The notes under the pieces are model-generated. The model was not told the DNA's origin and searched no databases. It worked only from the letters and a program-made list of their open reading frames with translations. This document shows positions 26,601-38,600 of a DNA stretch of 64,000 nucleotides, one piece after another. Both the position numbers and the translations under genes were made by a program. Numbering within the stretch: position 1 is the stretch's first letter; the number at the start of each line of letters is the position of its first letter. This DNA comes from Callorhinchus milii (Eukaryota), in NCBI RefSeq assembly GCF_018977255.1, contig NW_024704742.1:76696001-76760000 (forward strand), read 5' to 3'.

Positions 26601-29600
26601 CCTTGGCCCTCTCCTCTTTAATATCTATATGCTCCCTCTTGGTGACATCATCCGCAGACATGGGGTCAACTTCCACATGTATGCGGATGACACCAACTCT
26701 GTCTTTCTGCCTCACCCTCAACTCCAGGACCACTGCTGTCCTGACAGACTGTCTGTCGGACCTCAAGTCCTGGATGAGGGCAAATTTCCTACAGTTGAAT
26801 ATGAACAAGACTGAGGCCTTCCTGATTGGCTCACACCAGCGCCTCAGCACCTCAGGCTCTGGCAACATCAACCTCCATGGTTGCACACTTCAACTCACCA
26901 AGACAGTCAGGAACCTAGGGGTCTTGTTTGACCCTCAACTGTCTTTTCTTCCCCACATCCAACCATGACCCCCTCTGCCTTCCCTCACCTCCTTAACATC
27001 GCCCGACTCTGCCACTACCTCACCCCTCAGGCCGCTGAAACTCTTGTTCATGCCTTCATCACCTCCAGGCTCAACTATGCAAATGCCCTGCTTGTCGGCC
27101 TTCCCAACTCCTCCCTCCACAGGCTGCAGATAATCCAGAACTCTGCAGCCCGTGTCCTCTCGCGCACCAAACTCCATGACCCCATCTCCCCCATTCTCAT
27201 CCGACTCCACTGGCTCCCTATCCTTCAGAGGATCCAGTTCAAGATCTTGGTCCTCATCTACAAAGCCCTCCATGGCCTCACCCCACCCTACCTCTGCGAC
27301 CTCCTAACCCACTACCAACCCGCCCGTTCCCTCCGCTCAGCCGCTACCACTACTCCGCTCAGCCTGCTCCACGTCCCCCGACCCACCCGCCCCACCATTG
27401 GCGGGAGAGCCTTCTGCTACTCTGCCCCCAACCTCTGTTTACAACAACAAATTATATTTGTATAGCGCCTGTAGCGTCTGGAGGACGTCCCAAGGCACTA
27501 GACAGTCAGGGATCCTCACCCGAGCTGGTGGTTCGGCTCAGGAGGGGTGGAGGACGGGGAGGTTAAGGGTAAGAGGGTGACCGAAGGCACAGTCGAAGAG
27601 GAGCTTTTGAGACTGTTTACACTCTCCCTGCGCTTCTTTGCACTGCTCTGTGAACTCCTAAATAACCTGACCGTAATAATTTCTTATGTTCTGCGCCTTC
27701 CTGCAGAGGAGACCGATACGACGCTCTGCGTGCTTGTATCGGAGAATCCATGTGCGAGAAGCTGCGCAATCTCAACGTATTCTTAGTGAGTATCTGTGTA
27801 TAAAGGTTGCCTTCAACAAATGCAACCTATCTCTTCTTTACACTCTTAATTCATCTTTAATCAGTTCAATGCACTTTACTTCAACTTGCACCTAATAGAA
27901 ATAAAGTTGAGATAGATGTATCAGTTTCATAATATATGTCAGTTGGTAGCACTCTCATCTCTGACTCGGAAGGTTGTTGATTCAAGCCCCACGTCGAGTG
28001 TGCTGCATTGTTGAAATATTAAACTGAGGTCCCAGCAGCCTGTTGAGTGGACGTTAAATATCCCATGGCACTATTAGAAAAGAGAAAGAAGTTTCTCCTA
28101 GTGACTTAGCCAATGATCCCCCAAATAAAATTGGTCAAACACGGCTGTTTGTGGGACATTGCTGTACGTAAATTGATTGACACGATTGGCAACAAACGCT
28201 CATTTACTACACTTTACGATAAATTGTGTGAAGAGCTTTGAGATAAGTGACACCACATTAATGTTTTTAGAGCATGTACAACTGCACATACTGTATACTG
28301 ATTTTTTAAAAAGAAAATTCAATGCATTTTAGTGGATATTCTACATTGTGGGAATATTCTATACAAACTACTCTACAACAATAACAAGATTACATTTGTA
28401 TAGCGCCTTTCACATTGGGAGGATGTCCCAAAGCGCTGGACAGTGTACAGCATTACTCTACCTTGCATGATGTGAACTTACCTTGCTCAATTCTAATATC
28501 CATAGCATTCCTACTTTTAGGTTGCAGATTATTATTATTATAAAGCAGACTCAGTATATTGGAATCAGAAAATTCATTTAGCAACAGCTCTCTGTTTGAT
28601 TTGGTGGCTTGGGTCTAATATTCGGATCTGTGAATAAACTTGAGTTTCAGAAACATGGGTTCTACAGCATCAATATAGTCTGACCTGAAAGTCTGAAATG
28701 TCATATGCTTCAGCAGCATTCTGTCTGATTAGTACACTATTTCTGTATTGTAGCTTCCTCTTTTTAAATGGACTACATTTGTGAAACTCTGTTTCCTTTC
28801 AGGTGGGATGTGGCGCAATTGGCTGTGAAATGCTTAAAAACTTTGCTTTACTCGGTGTTGGCAGTGGTTCTGATAGAGGCCTGGTAAGTGCATCTTCCTA
28901 ATGGACTGGCAAGACAATTGCCTAATATTAAAGTATATAAGGGATGTCTAGACCAGGGGCCACACTGAGAGAGAATTTTGTAATGTGACTACTTACTGAT
29001 GAATAGTTTGGCAAACCTAAAGCTTAAACTCCATTTAATTAACCTCAATATGAAAGTAGATTCATAGAAATTATAGCATAGGAAAAGGCCATTAAGCACA
29101 TTGAGGACATTGGTGCTACAACAACAACAAAATTACATTTATAGAGCGCCTTTCACGTCGGGAGGACTTCCCAAAGCACTGAATAATCCTTGCATTTGAT
29201 ATAGCACTTTTCACGTCTTCTCGATGTCTCAAAGCGCTTTACAGAATATGCTGTAAAGTGAATTGACTATATTTGTGGGCGAAACGCGGCAGCCAATTGC
29301 TCACAGCAGTGTACCACAAACAGTTGAGGATTGAAAATGACCAATCTATTATTGTTTTTTTTGGAGGAGTTATTATCAGGCGTGTGGAGTAAGGAAACTT
29401 GCTCAAAGTTTCACCCTGCTTGGAATTGAACCCAGGTGTCTCGCTTGCAAGGCGAGTGCTCTAACCACTGAGCTACAGGACTCCACTGCTAGTCACTCCG
29501 TTGAAGCTAATTGTAATTAGTAATTCAGAGTGGTTCGTGGGGAAGCTGTTAACTAACAGGACAACAAAGCCCACAGAAATCCCTGCTCTGAAACATACAT

Positions 29601-32600
29601 TTTTTTTTGGTCAGCCGGGTGTCTTGACACATGTGGAAACCCATCACCATGCTTAAGAGTATTCAAACAAAATTGAGATTTCGCTGCATCCCACCTAAAC
29701 ATGGAAATCCCAGAGATAGATTGTTGGAATGGAATGTGCACTTTCTACCTGGAGGGATGCATCCTGCTTACATAATTCCAGAAAATATTAGGGGCAGGTT
29801 CGCAAGTGCCAAAGCTTGGGGACCCCAGGATGTGTGTTTGGATAACTGCTGGAGTCTAACAAGTTAAAACCGCATACCTTGCCATTGATATTTCTGGCTG
29901 GCAAGCTTTCCCGCTGCTTGTCCAGAAAGGACCACCCGTTAGGGCTTTGGTTTGCAGGGTTAACAGGAGCCCCAATGAAGCATCAGACTATGTGCTTCAG
30001 TCAGCCACGTCATACTCCCAGTTACAGTCCAGATTCCCTGTAAACAGGTCTAAGTCGACTTTTGTGAATCCCATTGCAAACTCCTTGCTTTTTCTATGTT
30101 AGTAATTTGGGCAATTTGCTTACAGAAGTCTGGATTTATTCCTGTACTTTTGTTAATTTTGGACCTGGGTTAAGGGAGGGATCAGAGGTATTAAATATGT
30201 AGTATTTTTTCCATCTAATCAGTGTGGTTCTCTTTTGCAGATCACTGTTACAGACCCTGATTTAATTGAAAAATCCAATCTAAATCGTCAGTTTCTCTTC
30301 AGGCCTCACCACATACAGGTACAGAAATGTGACAGCCTTCATGCACAACAATTTTTTTCATGATATTTATTTGCCTGTCCTTTCAAAAAAGATAATTATC
30401 CTTAGATATAGCCTTTCACGTCGGGAGGACGTCTCAAGGCACTTCCTTTGCATATTGTGCAACACTAAGTTACAGATTTTAAGTCACTTTGTGAGTTTGG
30501 CAAAAGACTGAGGTTGATTTAAGATGGTGAAACTGAATCTGGACAATGGAAAGCCAGTAACATACTTTAGAATCTCTTGCATGATCTTGCCACTTCAGGT
30601 GGTCCCTGTCTATTGTAACCTTTGGTGATTACCATTAAACGCCCGCCAGTTCACACTGTGATTAAAAATATCCTTGCATTTGAAATAGTGCCTTTCATGC
30701 CGGGACGACATCTCAAAGCGTTTCCCAAGATTTTATTGTAGTTACTGTGTCTCTACTGAAGTGAATTCTCTCCCTTTCTTTATAGAAATCAAAGAGCTGT
30801 ACGGCAGCCTCAGCTACCATGCTTATCAATCCCCATCTTAAAATTGATCCCCATCTGAACAAAGTGTGCCCATCCACAGAGAACACTTACAGTGACAGTT
30901 TCTACACCAGTCTCGACGTTGTGGTCACAGCACTAGACAATGTGGAGGCTAGAAGATATGTTGACAGGCAAGTAGGCCAATCCCTCCTGCGCAGGAGGGG
31001 TGAAATATATATAGAGAGATTATAAACCAAGTGATAGCCTTTGAGCTCAAGTTTCAATCTTGAATGCAAAACCTTCTGACGCAGAGGCATGAATGTTCCT
31101 AATTGTGCCAAGCTGACAAGAGAATAGAGCTCGGAGACAGTACCCCTACCTTCCACCATAATAAAAGATCTGATGGTTGTTTGATATTTGATCAGAAATA
31201 CACGGCGGGTGAGCTTTTAGGATTTTCGGAAACTGGACACAAGAAGCTCTCGTAAGTGCTGAGGATCCGGAGGATGGTGTTAAGGGAAAAATTAGGCTAG
31301 GGAACAGCTTGAATCAGTATACTGATTCAGCAGCTTTTGCCTTTAAAATGTAACTTGGAGGGATTATATAGTTTAAGTATAAGTTTATACTTATTTATAG
31401 TTTTAAGTGATTTTCATACACCCACCTCCTCCACTCCCCCCACCCCACATGTGTCATACACACATCCCCACATATGGCACAAATATTGTCTATGGGTGAA
31501 TGAGCTGAATGTATTGCTTTTCTCCCTCCCACCCCAGTCCCAGCAGCAAAAATATTGATTCATCTGTTTGAAGTCATCCCTTAAATTGTATTAAGATACT
31601 TACTCAATTCTTCTTATGAAGGAGTTATTTAGCGTAGCATCGGCCACTTGTGTTAGGGGAAGTCAGGTGTACTGATTCCTTTGTTTTTGAAGTCACTAAT
31701 TTAAGTTTAATTTTAGGCGCAAGCAAATTGGACGAGAGCTAGATCACAGAAAAGGCCGAGGATATTTGCTTTGATCTTTTTCATTAGTTGGTAGACAAAG
31801 AGATCAATCATCTGTATCCTTCTTTAAAAATTAATTGGGACATTGTTTACTCGTAGAAAAAATCAGAGAAGTGCAAGGTTTGTTTTGTTCAAGTCTTGTG
31901 GATTTGCTGCAACTATTTGTATATCTAACCCACATTGTAACTATTTGGCAGAGCATTTGTCAATTCTTTCAGGAACTGACTACTTTCTTATTGTCTTTTT
32001 CTCAGTCGATGCGTATCAAATCAATGCCCTCTTCTAGACTCCGGAACAATGGGAACTAAAGGACACACTGAGATCATAGTACCAAATCTGACTGAATCTT
32101 ACAATAGCCATGTAAGTACATTACAGTTCAGCTAGCCTGACACCACACTAAAAAATTGTGGAAATTCAGGAAAATTAATACAAGGAAAGTGATAGCTGAA
32201 AACAGTAGTGTCAAGAAACAATGTACCCCACATCTTAAAGTGTCTTAATTTAAATAATTTATAGCACTCTGTATTAGTCACCTTTGACGTTTGAAGTTTC
32301 ACTAACTTGATGTTTTTTGTGCAGAGAGACCCTCCAGAAGAAGAGATACCGTTTTGCACATTAAAATCCTTCCCAGCATTGATTGAGCACACAATACAGT
32401 GGGCGAGAGATAAGGTATGCAGAGGGCGAAACACCTAGCGGTTTCTTTGTGACGTTGTGTTTGTCTAAATGCTATTCACTTGATATACAGAACCAAAACG
32501 TAATCAGACCTTCATTTTTCATTCTAGTTTGAAAGCTCCTTTTCGTACAAGCCCTCAATCTACAACAAGTTCTGGCAAAGTTACCCATCACCAGATAATG

Positions 32601-35600
32601 TTCTACAGGTGAGAGTAAACACATTACAGTTATAATTGAAGTGCGGGATGTATCAGATGCCACAATTTAATTATAAGTTGATGCATAATATTGTTAACTG
32701 CATGCTGGCTGGCATCACTGGTGATACAGCAGTCAGTATTAGCAACAACAACAACAAACTTACATTTGTATTGCGTCTTTCACTTCGGGAGGATGTCACA
32801 ACGCACTAGGCAGTCAGTGTTTTGGACCCCAGCTGGGGTTTGGAATTGGGGAGGGTGGAGGGTAGAAGGGAAGCGGAGTAATTGAAAACATGGTCAAAGA
32901 GGAGGGTCTTGAAGGAGGCAAGGGAGGGGACGAGGCAGAGAGACTGCGGAATGGGTTCCAGAGGGTGGGGGCAGAGTGGCAGAAGGCCCATCTGCAATTG
33001 GTGGGGCGCACAAGGTGGGGACGTGAAGTAGGCCGGAGCCCGCTAAGCAGAAGGAGTGGGCAGAATGGTAGGGGGTTAGGAGGTTGCAGAGGTAGGGAGA
33101 AGCAAGGCCCTGGAGGGCTTTGAAGGTGAGGATTAGGATCTTGAACTGTACTTCTGTGTGATGGGAAGCCAGTGGAGCTGGGCGAGGATGGGGGTGATAG
33201 GGTCGTGGATCAAAGTACGGGAGAGAACACGGGCTGCAGAGTTCTGGATGATCTGCAGCCTGTGGAGGGAGGAGTTGGGGAGGCCAACAAGCAAGGAGTT
33301 TGCATAGTCAAGCCTGGATGTTATGAATGTGTGTATGAGGGTTTCGGGGGTCTGCAATGTGAGACAGTGGCGGAGCTGGGCAATGTTGTAGAGGTGGGTG
33401 AAGGCAGAGCGGGTTATGGCACGGATGTGGAGTAGAAAGGATAGTTGAGGGTGAAACAAGACGCCAAGGTTCCGGACTGGTTTAGCAAGGTAGAGTGTGC
33501 AACCATGGATGGTGATGCTGTCAGTGCCTGAGGTGAGGACTTGCAGATGATGTTACCAAGAGGGAGCATATAGATATAGAAGAGGAGGGGACCAAGGACA
33601 GAGCTCTGAGAAGTGCTACATGAGATGATGCAGGAGCTAGAGGAGAAACCGTTTATGGAGATGAAGTGGAGGCGATGTGAGAGGTATGATCTGAACCAGT
33701 CAAGGACAGAGCCGTGACCTTTGAGGTGAGAGGAGAGGCGGTGGATGAGGATAGAGTCAACGGTGTCGAAGGCAGCAGAGAGGTCAAGGAGGACGAGGAG
33801 TCAGAAGGAGCCCGGGTCGCAGATGCACAGAATGTCATTTGTCACTTTGACCAGGGCTGTTTCTGTGTTGTGAGCAGCACAGAAAACTGATTAGAAGGGT
33901 TCTTGAAGGGAATGGTGGGAGAGGAAGGAGAAAAGCTGGGAAGCAACAACTCATTCCAGGACCTTGGGAGGAAAGGGAGGTTGGAAATGGGGCGATATTT
34001 TGAGAGCAGGAATGGGTCCAGGAAGGCTTTTTGAAGAATAGGAGTGATGACAGTCGTTTTTAATGGGGTAGGAACGGTACCAGAGGACAGGGAGAGGTTT
34101 ATGATGTCTGTGAGCAGAGGGGCAAGGAGGTGGAGCCTGGAGGTTAGGAATGGGGTCGAGGGAGCAGATGGTCGGTATCATACGGGTTATAGTGGTGGTG
34201 AGAGAAATGGGGGAGACAGGTTCGAAGGTGTGGAGGAAGGGATAGGTATGGGCCGGTGTATGAGGAGGAGATGGGGAGGGGTTTATAGACGGCAGGGCGG
34301 AGGCAGCTGAGCGGATCCCCTCAACTTTGGATTCAAGGAAGTTCAGCATTGCTTCATAGTTGGCATTGGAGGTGAGGATGGGTGAGGCATGAGAGGGTGG
34401 GCGAAGGAGCCGGTTGGTGATGGAGAAGAGGAGCCTGTGGATGTCCTTGGCCTCCAAGATTGTCTTGGAGTAGAACAACGATTTAGTGGAGGCGAGGGCG
34501 TAGTGGTAGGATTTGATAAGGTCCAGCCAGATCTGCTGATGGCCCATTAAGTTTGATCTAAGCCAGGTGGTTCAGCGGCATGCACCTGTGCTTCAAGAGA
34601 GTGGAGGTGACTGGTGTACCATGGTGACTTTCGTGAGTAGCAGACGGTTCAGGAAGTGAGGGGAGGAAGCTGGAGCAGAAGGAGGTTGTGGGATGGTCGA
34701 GCAGGGATAGGAGTCTAGGAGGGCGGTGGGAGAGGAGGACCGAGCAGGAGTAATGGAGGGTAGAGGACAGGGGTGGGAGTATTTTGGGGAAGCAGCTCAG
34801 GTTGGTGGCGGCAGCCAAAATGCGCATGTATATTAAAGTATAAAAGTAAGAAATGCTGGAAATGAGACAACAGGTTGGTCAACTTGCAAAAGAGAAAGAC
34901 AGTTAACATTTCAACAACAACTTGCACTTATATAGCGCCCTCCACGCAGGGTAGCGTCTCAGAGCGCTTAACAGTGGCAGAGCCTGACTCCGAGCCGATG
35001 GGGGGGAGGTGGCTGTAAGCACAGTCGAATAGGAAGGTGTTCAAGCAGGACTTGGAAAAGGGGAGAGAGGGTGCAAGGCGGAGGGATTGAGGGAGAGTGG
35101 TCCAGAGTTTCGGGGCATAGTGGCTGAAAGCGCGACCTCAATTGGTGGTTGTGTTTTGATACAAATTACAGACCATTGATTTTTAGGTTGGTCAGCCAGG
35201 TATCTGATACACATGGAAACCTATCACCAATAGACTTTAAACCAAGCTACTGACAGTTCACCTATGTGTGGTTTCCATTTGATTCATATGGATTGCACAC
35301 TCTCTCCCTGATTACCTAATTCAGGTTTGCCAGAGCCAAGGTTTGTGGACTGCAGAGTGTGCATTGGGATACTGCTTGAGTTTAAACACCTAAATTTGTA
35401 CAGCTTGCCATTGTAAATATTGGCAAGTTTTCCCCAGGTAGGCCTACTCTTGAGCTTTGGTTTGCAAGGTTAACAGATGCTGAACAGAAGGAATCCAATT
35501 CCCCAGTGACTGGTGTGCTCCTCCAAGCCCTGCAACTGTGATTTGGAGTACTGCATACCTGTCTGACTGAAGAACCAGATTATTGAGGTCAAGCATCGAG

Positions 35601-38600
35601 TTCAAGGCTAGGAGGTCACCAGAAATGTAACATAGTTAATTTATACTTTTACATTTTACAGAGAATTCAAGCGGGAGAGAGTTTAGAAGGATCATTTCAA
35701 GCAATTAAGTTACTTATCAGAAGACCTAGACACTGGCCACAGTGTGTGTCAGTGGCAAGAACAAAGTTTGAGAAATATTTCCATCACAAGGTAAGACATT
35801 TGCAGTCTTTTACAATCTGTGTATCAGTAATACAAGTAAGTGGTTTCCTTATTTTCAGAAGAAAAAAGTTAGATTTTTGTCTTGAATATGTAGAGTTTAT
35901 ACTGAAAGCTAAACAAAATTTTCAACCTAGTGCCGTACTTGTTGCACTTTCATTTTGTATGGTGCTTATGTGATAGCGTTAAAGTCACCCTGCCATTGTT
36001 CGTTTCTTTTCCATCTACCGCAGTTGTTTTCAAATGTACTGTATGAGGTTTACTTCCATCCCATTTATCTCATTGGCATTGAAGAGCAGTTGTTTTAAGC
36101 AGGCAGCTATCTGCTGAGCAGAGTGGCAAAGCACTCAGATGCAAGTGATGCACTACTGACATCAAACTGCAAGTAACATCTTGTTTTTTCTTCAGGCTGT
36201 ACAGCTTCTCCACTCATTTCCACTTGATACAACATTGAAGGATGGAAGTAAGTGCATTTTTGTGGTGTTTTAGTGAGGCTGCATTAATTGATTAAAGTGG
36301 ATCTAAATCTAGGTTGGAAATTGCATTATTCTATGTTTATTTCGACATCTCTTCATTTGATTTGATGATGGTTGGTATCCGGTTTCTGTCAGCTCATTAT
36401 CAGAAATATTTAAAATATCTGAGTTTTAAACAAATTAATTACAATTCCAGGATTGATCAACCTTCACAGGAGAGCTGTTTTAGAAAAGTTCCCAGGTAGA
36501 CAAGCTGGGATGAGATCTGTGATGTTGACTCCAGAGCACTGTATATCTTTGGCAACCCACATCTGCCTCTCTAAATGTACTCCCAGCTCCTATGGGGCTG
36601 TGTGATTGAAGAATAAATGTGTTTTGTTGCCCTTGGATACCTTCAAAACATTTAATTTTGGTAAAAAGAGAATCTTCTTTTCTGTCAGCACTCTACTGAA
36701 TAAAGAGCCCAATATCTATACTCTGGATATTTAAACAGTGGAGATATCAGATTATGTCACGTGAAATAAAGTGCACCTACTATCTAAAGCATCTTCCATC
36801 AGGAACGCGGCCACTATAAGGATGTCCACATAGTGTCCTTCTTTGTTTCACTTTTTTGCAGGTCTCTTCTACAATCACTCCCCTTTGTACTCCCTTTGCC
36901 CCTCCTTCCCTCACCCCCCCCACCTCACACACACAGACAGACAGTGCTGGCTCTCTAAACCTATACACTGTACCTGTTAAGCTTTTTAGGAATATTGAAC
37001 CTCCATTGCTTGTTGAAAGTCCTGAGATTGCATTAAACAGATGCTAAATATAGACACAAGAATAGTTAAAGAATTGAAGATTTTCTGTCTACTGATCTTC
37101 TGATTTTAGCTCTGAGATCTCAAATCTACTGTAGATTATTGAATACATAACATGTGGATATATGGCACTTTACTGTGTTTAAATGGATTTAACAGTGATT
37201 TGGTTTAAAATATGGTGAATTAATTGGTGAACCTCTTTGTTTACAGGCTTGTTTTGGCAGTCACCAAAGAGACCACCATCTCCAATAACATTTGACATTA
37301 ATGATCCATTGTAAGTAATCTCTGAAGTTCTAATATATAAGACTCCCAAATGGGTTTCATGCAGGAAAATTAAACAGGGTTATTAGTAGGCCATGTTATA
37401 TAGCAGCCACTGGTACTTGGTGCTGGGATCGCTGTTCACGTTGCAGAGCCCCATTGTGTCTGCAAGCACTGAGCAGGAAGCTTGTGAACCCTGAGCTGAA
37501 CGGAAATGGAGTATACTGTGGATCCACTGACTTACAACGTTATATGCAAAAATCATGCTGAACTTCAGTATAATAAGACTGCATGATATGGTGATATTAA
37601 TAGAGTTGATTGCCTTTCACACCAAATACAACTTTTGCAAGTGGTGCAATGGAATCTTTACCTTTCCAAAAGGTGTGCAACCTATTGTTAACGTTAACTC
37701 AAATAATTATTTGCATTAATTATTGATTCAGATTTTTAAATTGTGTCAAGCAGTACAAGTCTGTAATACAAGGACATTTCAGTACAGTACCAGTGGTCAT
37801 ATGGTGCGGTGGCCTTTTTAGAGCAATCGGGCTCAGAACACACTACAAGTCTATTACTCTTCCTTGACTGACCCAGACTTTGGAATTGACTGAATTGTTT
37901 AAACTACAGTCCCCAGCCTTCCCCTATGTGGAGAAGAGCCAATCCTTGTAATTGAAGGTATTTGTGAACTAAATGTCTCTAATAATGCAGAAATTTGCTT
38001 TAGTTTATGGAATTCCTTGAAATAACCTGGGAAAATCCTGGAACTAACCAGAAGCTTGCCCAAGACCATCCCGGAGAAGAATTAGGAAAAGAGCTGACGC
38101 ATTGCAGAGCCTGTCAGACTTGATTTGCGACAGCCTTTATAGACAGTTGCTCCATCTGTGCTGGATGTCTTCCATGAATTTGAGGTTATAGTTGCACAAA
38201 TGTCAGCTCGATTACTCGTGCAGCAGATGTGTCACTGCATATCTGAGAGAGTGCCCTTGAGGAATCTGGAATTGATATTTGTGAATACGTTGCAGAAGTT
38301 GCTGAAATATCCTGGAGGTGACATTGGGCTCTTAGCTGACCAATGATCACCGCACAATTCATTCTCAGGCACTTAGTAGATTCTGACACATACACTGGTG
38401 CCTTGGCTTTGCATTGGAAGCTACAGCCAGAAAACCACTACAGTACTTCTAAACACCAAGAAAGCTAGGTTCTCAACTCACAAAGCAAACACAGTCTGAA
38501 TAAGCTCAGTCTTTCCTTTGCATGTTGGTTGCTGTGCAATTTGCTGTTTGCACATGGACAACTCATGGACATGTAAATGGCTAAACCATAAATGCAACCA

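Noticed and set aside
37903..37943. ACTACAnnnCCCA (ZNF143-type) motif plus CCAAT as an intronic promoter
   Set aside because: Single short motifs, no CpG island or other support; plausible by chance in 64 kb
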